Assembly (NCBI GenBank): GCA_044892525.1
Contig: CM097886.1
Coordinates: 122,264,001 to 122,328,000 of the forward strand
Direction: 5' to 3'
DNA: 64,000 bases
Origin: Schmidtea polychroa
Taxonomy: Eukaryota
The notes under the pieces are model-generated. The model saw nothing but the letters and a program-made list of their open reading frames with translations, was not told the origin of the DNA and made no database searches. Position 1 is the stretch's first letter, and each line of letters opens with the position of its first letter. The position numbers and the translations under genes were made by a program. Below are positions 41,319 through 52,000 of the stretch, piece after piece.

Positions 41319-43389
41319 GTATTTTAATTAACAATGACCGTTCATCTAACCACTACATTAGAAACCAAAATTCACAGCGACAGCCACAGATTCACCGAAA
41401 TCATTTCAAGGACTATTCTAGGAATCCAGGAAAACTCAACCTATTCTAGTATTAACCATTTCTGTTCAGAACTTTTCGATTCAGCCTATTTGAAAATTTG
41501 GTAAGGGATTTTTTCATTATTTAGGTTTACCATGCAACGATCATGTATATTTATGAATTTATAGTAGTCTAAATTTAACAATAATTTTTCTCTTTTCGTT
41601 TGATTTGAAGGTTTTACTTAATTAAATGTTTTAGTAATTTGGTAATAAACGTTTTATTAGGAATTAAAGGATTTTTTATTATTTGTTGATTTTATGATAT
41701 TTAAAAATTTTGGAGAAACGTGGTGTTGAGATACTCCATGTCATGGTGTGAGGTGCCTTCGGGAGCTCAGCCGGTGGACATGGGGTCTTTTCAATCACGC
41801 AGCTGATTCGGGCCGTAATGTGGGGGCTTCCTCACGGGTCCGTCGCTGAAGGAGTGACTAAATTCTATGAAAAACTCATACGAGGAAGTAGGGTAGGAGA
41901 ATGAATCGATAAATAGGAGAAATTTTGATATGTTCGCGCAGTGATTGAGGGTGTCACACTAGCGTATTATAACAGCGTCTGATCAAGTTAAAAATCTTCT
42001 TTATCATCCAGTAGATCTAGGCAGGTCTTTCGTTAACAAAACCGTCCAACCTTGGTAGTGCTATAGTTGCCATAGTTCTCGAATTCGCTAGAAATTTAAT
42101 CTTGAAGTTTTCAGCTACCGATTTTTGCGAGATCGCTATTCCTATCGGCTATATGTCCTCTCAAGGATGAAATTGTATGAAATCGCGTAATTAAATAGGT
42201 TTAAGTAATCATTAAAAATAAAAGCGAATAACTCCAATCAGTAAAAATGTATTTCTCTAAAAAATAATTCATTAGAATAATGTTTACCCAGTAAAGCATA
42301 AAATGTCCACATCCCGTCGAGTGGAAAATCCAGCATTGGAATAAGTAATAAATCTCCAATTTGACAGCAGTAGCCGGCATACATTGATAGCGATGGAGGG
42401 CCACGAGACGAGCTGGTAAATCATATTTGAGGGATCGTGAATTAATTCCAATATTGATGATGTAGAAATCCGGTTTTTCCAAAATATCCATGAGAGATAG
42501 CAGGCAGCATTTGAGGTAGATACATGGTTCGTCAGTGATGTAATATGTCATAAGGGAAAATACATCTGCATGCATACACAGGCATAGCATAGAGCATGAA
42601 GACATCAGTCAGCGATTATGACTAAGTAGAAGTAGGTGAGAGAAAATTTTCATGCGCCATGCGCTTTAGAATAATCACAGAGGCTACTCGCAATATGTAG
42701 ATTATACAGACTGTTAATCACAGGAAATCCAACCTGACGCGTCAGCTGAAACATAATTCACTGAAACATACTACTGACAGTCACCCGATTTTCTCACCGA
42801 TCAGAAATGATAGATAGCGGCCAGACAGACATTTTGGGTACACGTGGTTAAATTCATTTAAATATTCAACTTTGTCTTAATCATTATTATTTTCTCACAA
42901 CTAAACAAGTGCAAATTAATTTAACAAACTTTTACTCATCACAACAAATAATTGTAGAGCAATTGATAGAGTCTTATTTAGGTTGAATAATTAATTTAAA
43001 GATAAATCGCCTATCCATGCATAAGATCTACACATCCAAATTATTTGTCTTGGGGTAAATCTATAATTTAATTTAAACTCTCTTTAAATGCGAGGTACTG
43101 TTTTCAGGTAAATGGATTTAATTGTAATTTCATCAACCTGTAATTTCCCTTATCCAGGATAATACCTTACTTTCCTTCGGTAAAATCTTGCATGAATGAT
43201 CCACTCTCGTATGAATAATGACCCCAAGCGTACAAGATCTGTAGGGTAACGAAATCTCTTCAGGCTAATAAACTCGTTTTGTCTGTATGATAATCTATGA
43301 TCGGTATGGTATGAGTGTGACTAGATGATGATGTCTCACATTTGCCTTAGTTTGATTTTATTCGCATTTCCTCTTCATAGCTATTCAAG

Positions 43390-44130
43390 ATGTCTTCAAG
43401 TACCAACAACATTCTTAAACCTTGCTTTTCTTGCTCGGACAAGAATTCAATTATCAGGGATCTACAAGCGCAAATTGGAAAATACAAAAGGAAGATCGAT
43501 GAGTTGGAGGGGACATGGTTTAGTCCCACGCAAATGAAAGAGACCCAAAAGAAATTGTATCGAAGCGAGCACTGTCGTGATGCTCTCATTTCCGAAAGTC
43601 GGGCACAGAGGAGCCTGATAAAAGAGCAGTCGGAAGCACTGCATAAACTATACATACAAGCGGCGACCACTAGAAAAATAGCGAAGATCCCAATTAACGA
43701 AGCCAGCAATCTCTTCCCAGCGCACCATGATACTTCCGTCAAGTTTTCGTCTCCACTCGCGAAGTCTTGCCATGGGTGTGTAGAGTCCGAGCTCTCTCCT
43801 AAAGACCCAGAGATTGTATTCACCGGAACCAGTAAGGTCCAGCCAAATCTCGCGTCCTCATCAACCATACAAACGATCACCTCCTCAAAGCCTAAGCGTC
43901 GACAGCTGTCTCGAGCTGAACGCAAACGGAAACAACGGGAACGGGCATCTGTCAAGCAGTGTACATCGTCAATCATCGCTCCAGTCAGCAATATTGATCT
44001 GACGGTGGTCGTCCCAACAACCGGGATCTCCGGGCGAGTCATCTCCGCCGCCGGGGCGACGTGGGAGGAAAACGCCGCCGAGTTCTTTAATCTGGACGAG
44101 TTACTCGCCGACTCGGAGTGGGAGAAATGA
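43390..44130 (+). CDS. LTR-encoded orphan protein, 246 aa (CxxC, coiled coil, basic NLS-like segment, acidic FFxLDE tail)
   Basis: Intact ORF. Diverged homologs at 24390-25060 and 3007-3308 indicate protein-level conservation. Acceptor upstream; AATAAA plus GT-rich tract downstream. Confidence 0.75.
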   Translation: MSSSTNNILKPCFSCSDKNSIIRDLQAQIGKYKRKIDELEGTWFSPTQMKETQKKLYRSEHCRDALISESRAQRSLIKEQSEALHKLYIQAATTRKIAKIPINEASNLFPAHHDTSVKFSSPLAKSCHGCVESELSPKDPEIVFTGTSKVQPNLASSSTIQTITSSKPKRRQLSRAERKRKQRERASVKQCTSSIIAPVSNIDLTVVVPTTGISGRVISAAGATWEENAAEFFNLDELLADSEWEK

Positions 44131-44265
44131 GGATTTCCCCGGAAAATGGCCTCCTTCTCCGTAGAGGATTGAACTTCTTCTGTTGTCGTTTTCTACCTTG
44201 GTGTTATTCAGTTCGTGTAAAATTCCTTGTATAAATTCTCTAGGTGTTTATATAGTAAATTTAAT

Positions 44266-44310
44266 AATAAAAATTTTTCGTTTATGTATGTGTTATCTTG
44301 TGTGTTGAAC
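44266..44310 (+). terminator. Putative LTR polyadenylation signal
   Basis: AATAAA at 44266 followed by a T/GT-rich tract. Confidence 0.45.
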
Positions 44311-44921
44311 TTAGAGAATAATATGAACTTGCAAATGGCACTGAGAGTTGCAGAGAATAAGGAGTATTGGTCAATTGGTAATTCCAGCTAGAAATCTTGC
44401 GATGGGCGACAAAAGGAAATGACGTAAGTCCTTCTATCGGCAGTCAGGGTTAGGAAGTCGAGGCCTCAGTAGGGAGTAGTCCGAAGGAGATGGCTCACCT
44501 GCCTACTGGCGTCTCGCCGGCATAGCACAGTTCCAACGTGAAGCGATTCACGGGTGCTATGTTGGAGGGTAGATTATGTACGGGTCCTGCTCGGCAATGA
44601 CCAGAATCAAGACGAGCGTAATCGATATGGGGCATTCATCCTCTGGACTGAAAGCGGTAATGAAGGGGGTCATCCGGGTAGTCACCCGCCAACAGAAACA
44701 GTATTTTAAAAATATCATGGATATTAATGAATAAGGGAGTAAATAAAAATATAGATTATTACTCAATTGTATTAAACTGAATTTAAATTTAACACGTTCA
44801 CCCCGGCGCGGATCACCGGTGGCCCGCACTAACCTGTCCCATCGGGCGGCGTGTACCACCGGTGGGACGTATTTGATTGTGTTGTTAGACGGTACGTAAC
44901 ATTAAATATTTAGATCTTTAA

Positions 44922-45864
44922 CACTGACTGCCGAAACAGAAGATAGTGCGCAATTTTTTATGAATATACCAAGCATTCGCGAGGGAAGTTACGAATATTA
45001 ATTGTATTACTACTTTTTGATACCATTTTTCGAGTCCATTTCAAAAATTTTACACTGCTACGATTTTCGAAACTCATAATTTCACTACGTTTTTGTTTTT
45101 GTTTTGCCTGCGGTGGAAGGAATTTTTTGTTTATTTTTTTACAGTACCACAAATAAATGTATTTTTCTCTAAAAGTTCTTCACCCAAAGTGACACTTGTA
45201 TAATAATTATTAGTAAATAATATGCGGCCCTCAAATAATAAGCCATTTAGTAATCTCATTACTACATCGTGGGAATATGATTTTTCAATGATCGTTACAT
45301 TTTTTCCGGTATAAATTTCGATATTATAAGTGTAACCTTCAGGCAAACATAATTTGTATAACTTTATGTCATACTTATGTCGCTTGCCTTGGATGTATTG
45401 ACGAAAACCTTGACGTCCTCTCCATTGAACCATACTTTTATCGATAACGATATTTTTGCCAGGTTTAATAGCACTTTTGAAAGTATCCACAATTGCTTCA
45501 ACAATTGTTGTGATATAGTTTGGGTCTATGTTGATAGTGTGGTAATATTAATTAAATTGTTATTATTATTGTTTTATTATAGTTGTGGTAAGTTTGCTGG
45601 AGAGTTTAATAGAGCCCAACCGAGTTTCCTTTAAAAAGAACTGTCTCAGGATAGCTGGGATGTTTGTTTGTAGGTTATTTTATACAAGTAACAACTAAAA
45701 TAAATACGAAATGGGTAAATTACAACAAAAAATAATATTAAACTTTCAAAACGTTTATTTAACAATAAATCAAAGACCTTTATGAAATTCACGGGAGTCC
45801 GTGGATCAGAAGGAATTGTTATTGTTGCTTTGTACTTGGATATTCGGCATGAATTTCGACGTTT
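44922..45864 (-). mobile_element. Truncated piggyBac (PGBD4-like) element
   Basis: TTAA|CACTGACTGCC end at 44922. ORF 45131-45490 reads IVIDKSMVQWRGR..RQYIQGKRHKYDIK..FTNNYYTS. The other end is lost at the LTR junction. Confidence 0.85.
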
Positions 45865-46108
45865 TCGAGGCCTCAGTAGGGAGTAGTCCGAAGGAGATGG
45901 CTCACCTGCCTACTGGCGTCTCGCCGGCATAGCACAGTTCCAACGTGAAGCGATTCATGGGTGCTATGTTGGAGGGTAGATTATGTACGGGTCCTGCTCG
46001 GCAATGACCAGAATCAAGACGATCGTAATCGATATGGGGCATTCATCCTCTGGACTGAAAGCGGTAATGAAGGGGGTCATCCGGGTAGTCACCCGCCAAC
46101 ATAATTTT

Positions 46109-46126
46109 TGGGGGCTCAGCCGGGAT
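46109..46126 (+). promoter_or_regulatory. Primer-binding site, tRNA-Pro
   Basis: TGGGGGCTCAGCCGGGAT, 16/18 identical to the canonical Pro PBS TGGGGGCTCGTCCGGGAT, 7 nt after the LTR end CCAACA. Confidence 0.88.
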
Positions 46127-46353
46127 ATACATCAATTTCAATTAATTAGCGAATGCAAATTGACTAATACTTCTCGAATCTTATTATAAAGTACGGTTAG
46201 AAAATGACGAAGTAAAGATATAAATAAAGCAAATTTAAATTTGGGAAAATAAAATAAAAGTAAAACAACTTATAACAATTCAAAAGGGAAATGTTTGCTG
46301 AAACCACCATGTATTAGCTGTATATTATTAAAATATTTTCTTTTCCAATAGAC

Positions 46354-46839
46354 ATGACAGAATCCACAGAACTGATGAAACAACTAAGCAACTTCGTTGA
46401 TATAGAAAGCGATCCCATAAAAACGCTTACCCAGAAAAGAGAGAGAATTAAGAGCATACAACTACAAACAATGGGACAAGCACCAATCGTACCTAACCAT
46501 ATGTTATTAGCCATAGGCCTAAGTCGTGCAGATAGTAAAGTGAACCATGAAACCATATATCAGTGGTATCAGGAAAGATTGAGACACCCCGCATTGAATC
46601 TAGAATACCATCGACTACGAGATCAATTAGATATTATATCCGACATAATCGAACAGAAGATACAAGAAAAGCTCACTAAATTACGAACCTGTCTGTCCTG
46701 CAAACTTCGTCCTATTCGCGTACTGTTCTTGCCCTGTGGACACCTCAGTCACTGCGAAGAATGTGTAAACGATCTAAAACGGTGCACAATATGTAAGCAC
46801 GAGATAAAAGAGACTCATATGGTTTATTATGGCGAATAA
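46354..46839 (+). CDS. IAP/Mdm2-type C-terminal RING protein, 161 aa, no BIR
   Basis: CLSCKLRPIRVLFLPCGHLSHCEECVNDLKRCTICKHEIKETHMVY at the extreme C-terminus, preceded by a short coiled coil. Confidence 0.85.
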   Translation: MTESTELMKQLSNFVDIESDPIKTLTQKRERIKSIQLQTMGQAPIVPNHMLLAIGLSRADSKVNHETIYQWYQERLRHPALNLEYHRLRDQLDIISDIIEQKIQEKLTKLRTCLSCKLRPIRVLFLPCGHLSHCEECVNDLKRCTICKHEIKETHMVYYGE

Positions 46840-47400
46840 AAGTGTTAAAGATTTAATGACATTTATGAACATCGAATTGGTACTGACGATTGAATGAGAA
46901 TAAATGTAATTGTTGTGTGAAATATTATTAAAGTCTTAATTTTATTTTTATTTTTTTTATGGCAAATAAATTCTTGTTATAAGCTGAGTAATCCATGGCT
47001 TTTAATTCTATTTTATTTTTTTTTGAATCAAACGAAAAGAGAACTAAACTAACGTGGAACTAGTCCCAATATAGGCTGTAAGGGTACAAACCGAGCCACC
47101 TTCGGGCGGTACGTTCTATCATGAGAAAAACCCATTGGGAGGGGATAACCAATCAACCTAAGTGAGGAGCGTAGGGCGGGGTACCATCGCAAATGATGAG
47201 AAGTTTCTGCGGTGTGACTGATCACCATGCCAATGCAGAAGTGGATCATCGCAATCGTCGTGCGTTTTGAGCAAGGGGGGAAAGGGAAAACACTCTCAAA
47301 CGGTAAAGATTAAGCCGACACATTAAAAACAGAGGCAGAGAAAATGACAATTTAGGGTAAAAGAGGAAAGAGAAGTAAGAGCATGCAGAGTGAGAGATAT

Positions 47401-47787
47401 TAAGACCGAGCTGTCGAAAAGTCCAGCCGGTCAGGGAAATTAAAACTGAGCTGTGAAAAGTCCAGCCAGTCGGAGATATTAAGGCCGAGCTGTTGAAAAG
47501 TCCAGCCGGTCAGGGAAATTGAAACTGAGCTGTGAAAAGTCCAGCCAGTCGGAGATATTAAGGCCGAGCTGTTGAAAAGTCCAGCCGGTCAGGGAAATTG
47601 AAACTGAGCTGTGAAAAGTCCAGCCAGTCGGAGATATTAAGACCGAGTTGTGGAAAAGTCCAGCCGGTCAGGATAATGAAGATTGAGCTGTTGAATAGTG
47701 CCAGCCAGTCGTAAGATCGAGCTGTCGAAAAGTCCAGCCGGTCAGGATAATGAAGATTGAGCTGTCGAATAGTGCCAGCCAGTCGTA
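47401..47787. repeat. About 10 tandem 39/40-bp units forming alternating 79-bp dimers in the element leader
   Basis: GAG(C/T)TG..AAAAGTCCAGCC units at 47408, 47448, 47487, 47527, 47566, 47606, 47645 and onward. Confidence 0.93.
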
Positions 47788-49096
47788 AAGGCCTAGAAAC
47801 ATAATGAGATAGCATTTAAGCTAATAGTGATGAAAGAGTATTAAAGCTAGCTAGAAAACGAATTGAAGTTGGTTACGAGAATTTGAATTTAGAGAGGATT
47901 AAACGAGCTCGTGGGAGGTAATAATGAAATCTTTTCAGTAAGAAAGAGAAACTGAAAAGGAAAATGAATTAAAGAGATAATGAAAATACAGAATAAATGA
48001 GAATAAATGATGAGTAAAAGAGGAAGGTGATTAATTAATTAAATGGGATCCCAGATAAGTAGACAAGGTTCTACAGAATTTTTTGGTTTAAACCGGTTAA
48101 ACGAATTTTGTGTTGATACAGAATAGAACCCAATAAGGGGAAATGGAGATGAAAGATTAAGTAAAATAGCGGAACCGCGTAAAAGGATTAAGAAAATATG
48201 GGAGGTAATAAGCAGCAACTGACAACGACCTATCGATATTATAAATGATAACTATAGATAATTGATACGACCATATTGATAATTGTTACTACCCCAAATA
48301 GATAATTTAAAATCGACGAAAACTATGGGTTGATGGGTAATTATACTCCACGAAGAATTGTATGGGGAAATGAAAAGGAGCATAACAGAGGCCCTAAAAC
48401 GGTGTCTGTGCTTGAATGTGGCAAAAAGGAATGATTGATTCGTGTAAGCAAATGCAACACGATATCATTTTTTCATTGTAGATATCAATCCAACCAAGTC
48501 AATTCAGAACCAGCTCAAAAGGAATCCAGAGAATATACAGACAATCCAGTAAAAGCGATTCAGAACCCGCACAAAGGAAAATAAACCCATCCGAACACGG
48601 AGGACGACAACGACATCTTTATCTACGACGGAATTATCGAAATACTTAGCATCGACGTATTAGCAGAAGTCAATCAAGGACTCAGATATCCCCTCCGGAA
48701 ATCAGCCGAGAAATTACGCGGAATATTCCTCGAAGGAAACACTATCAGCACCGAACTCGACCAATTCAGCAGCCTCTAACCGTAGAAAAATCTACGTGAA
48801 AAGACAGAAAGGAGTAAGAAAGAATCACGGATAAACCCAACCTTAGATCTTCAAGTAAGCCAGGAGACGTATTATTTTCAGGAGACGAATTACAACAACT
48901 CAAAAGAGGACGATCCATTAAACAACAAAGAGGAATATCACAAGGGGCACGAAGAACCGATCAAATACCCATATTTGACCAAGAAAATCTCGGGTACACC
49001 CCTAGTCGATCTCGAAGCAGAGAAAGTCTATCCGACATCACTAATAGTTTAGCAACGTCAACCGAAGAACTAGCAGCCCAAAGTCTAGTCACATCA

Positions 49097-52000
49097 TTGG
49101 ATAATTTAAAAGAAACAGACGAAGTTAGAACACCAATCATGACGAATGTCGTAAAGACCGACGAGTATAAAGAGAAGTTCAGAGGAGAGCCTTTCAACGG
49201 GAATGCGAACAAGTTGGCAACGTTCATAACCAATTTTGAAGTCTATATCGATGTATGTGGATGGACGTCCGAAGCAATTAGTAAACGGATGCCGTTGTTT
49301 TTATGCGATAGCGCATTAGAAGTGTACTTAGAAGCTAAAGAAAGAAATACGAAGTTAGACAATTGGGAAAGCATCAAAACATTCTTGAGGAAAACTTTCG
49401 GAGCCAGCAAACCAATAAATCAAGCGCTGAGCGAACTGGCAAGTAGAAAACAAAGAGCAAATGAATCCATAACGTTATATGCGAGTGAATTGCGAAGATT
49501 GGCAAAGAAGGCCATGAACGGAAACTTGCCGGAGGAAAATTTAATTGGTTACTTCATAGAAGGACTGCGCCGAGAAGAGGTAAGGGCCTCGGTGGGATGT
49601 CAAATGTGTAAAACACTAGAGGAAGCCATAGATTGGGCCACGAGATGCGAACTACACCTCCCGGCACAAATGAATGTCATGCAGGAGGAGGGGAGAATCG
49701 CAGCCGCAACGATAAAAACGGAAAATGGAGATAACAACAATCACGAACCAAAGATGAATCAATTTATACCGGGTGCGCATCAAATTTTCAAACCACCGCA
49801 AGGACGATCAAACGGGAATAACAGTGAACGCAACAACTCGAACAATGGGAATAATTTTAATAATCGACGAAATACGAACGATAACAAACAATGCCGAACA
49901 TGCGGTAAACCAGGACATTGGGATAGAGATTGTTACCGAAGCGCAAATTGCAATAGGTGTGGACGACGAGGACACACGGAAAATATATGTCAATTGAGAG
50001 GATGTTTTAACTGTGGTCAACCGGGTCACATCTCAAGAGACTGTCGAACAAGGAGCCAACCACAACGACCACCACAGCGAAATAATAATTATGCACCAAA
50101 TCCGCAACGACAAAGTAATCCTAGTGAGGGAAAGCAAATGAATGTGATGCAAGAGATTTCACAAATGAAGCAGATGATGCAACAAATGATGAGACCGAGA
50201 CAAGAACAAGTACCACAACAAACTCAGAATATACGTATGATGAGGAGCACCGAAAATCTCAACAATTATGAAGTGCAACAACATGCACAAGAATGGCAGA
50301 GACTACAAGCTGAAGAAGAGAGGATAAAAAGAGAGCGAATTCAGCAGCGACAAGAACAACCATTACGAATAAATATGATGAGAATGGTAAAGGAGATAAA
50401 AGAGCAATATTGTTACAATTACGGTAAAAATCCAAGAGTTGTACCTATGAGCGAACCAGAGAAACCGACAGAAACGATTACAGCAGCTAAAAAAGAAAAT
50501 CCAGCAACACCGCTAAAAGGAAATCAGAGAATTCAGAAAATATTTTGGAAAAAGATAAAAGATAAAATCGAAAGAGAAAATGAGAAAACAAAAACAGAAG
50601 CAGAAGCGATAAATGATGGAAACGAGAAACAAACTAGTCATTTAACCCATGAAATGGTACAAGAATTAGAATCAGAAGAATTAACGATATTTGAGAATAA
50701 AAAGCTCAAGAAAGTTCCAAGAATGAGAAATTTACGAATTAACATGATGAGGACGACAAAGAAGGTGTTGTCAACAGATGACGATGAGGATTATGTGAGT
50801 AGCCTTGGTGGAGAAATGTTACAGTTAAATGAAAATATCGACCAACTAAGGGAAAAGATCGGAGCAGATGAGGATGAAAGTGAAAGCGACGTAACAAGCG
50901 AAAGCGAAGACGAGAATATCGAAATGAAATTGAGAAAAGAAAGAGAAGAAGCGATAAAACAAGTAAAGGAAATACTTCCAGTGGTGGTCAGAAACCAGGA
51001 ATTCATTGACAGTATACCATACAGACGCTTCATACAAAAGATAATGAAACTAGAAAGAAACGAAAAAGACCTAATACCAAACGAGGAAAAAGCGATAATA
51101 AAGAAGTATATGGAAAAAATGAAGCAAGCAGAAACAACACGCTATGTAATAAAAATCGGAACGAGTAAAGGACTCGAGAGAATATGGATAAAAAACGCCG
51201 TTACAGACGAACTTTTCGACTGGATAAGAGAACATTTGGGCAGCTCGAGAAAGAAAGAATACCTGTATCAATATCAAGGAGAACAAATCAAACCCGACAT
51301 GCACCTAATAGATGCATTGATCTGGCCAGGAGAAACTCAAATATTGAAGTTGCATAAAGAGAAGCAACCAACAAATGTTCACGAATGGGCTAAAGACGCC
51401 AAGGCGGAATACGATTTTAATATTAAGCTGAAGTTGGAACAAATAAAACAATGCACCTTGCGACGAAATCTAGATAAATTAATCAAACAAATCCAAGAAC
51501 AAGTCGAAGACAACTGGGATTTGCTCATAGCAAGACGAACTCCAGACATGCATGAACTAATGAGCCGACTGCGCGATACAGAATTGCTCCGAATGAGTGA
51601 TTGGAGAACCATAAATTTGATCCACAAATACGGAAGATTAAAAGAAACGCAACCACAGAAGTTGGAAATAACCATATGGTTACCAAACGAGGAGAAACGA
51701 CGAATAAAAATGAGCAACCAGAGTACGGTGGACGATTTAGTATCTAAGATAAACCAAGAGATAACGGAAAGAGTCCGAAGCGAGAGCAGCGATGGTATGA
51801 TAGATGAAGGGCAAACAGACAAAATAATAGACGAATGGAATGAGTGGCTGAGAAACAACGATAGCTCATTACCAAGAACAGATAACGAGAGAAATCCGAG
51901 TTACGAAAGGACAAGAGAAGCTGGAACAATGATGGAGAAACGGGCAAAAGGGAGGCCCAAGAAGCAAGGAGAAAAACCAGAATTTAAAACCAGAGAACAG

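Larger units (their letters stand above)
40895..44694 (+). mobile_element. Solo LTR (3800 bp) of the giant gypsy family
   Basis: TGTTGG...CCAACA ends; 4-bp TSD GAAA at 40891-94 and 44695-98. First 444 bp match 63557-64000 and last 237 bp match 45865-46101, with 2 differences seen in each. Confidence 0.88.
40552..44901. mobile_element. Small solo LTR (about 546 bp native) split by the 3.8-kb solo LTR
   Basis: Ends TGTACGTTA...TACGTAACA; 5-bp TSD TTAAA at 40547-51 and 44902-06. Confidence 0.6.

Noticed and set aside
47401-47787. CRISPR-like array (also considered for 31458-32318)
   Set aside because: Eukaryotic context and no unique spacers; these are plain tandem repeats.
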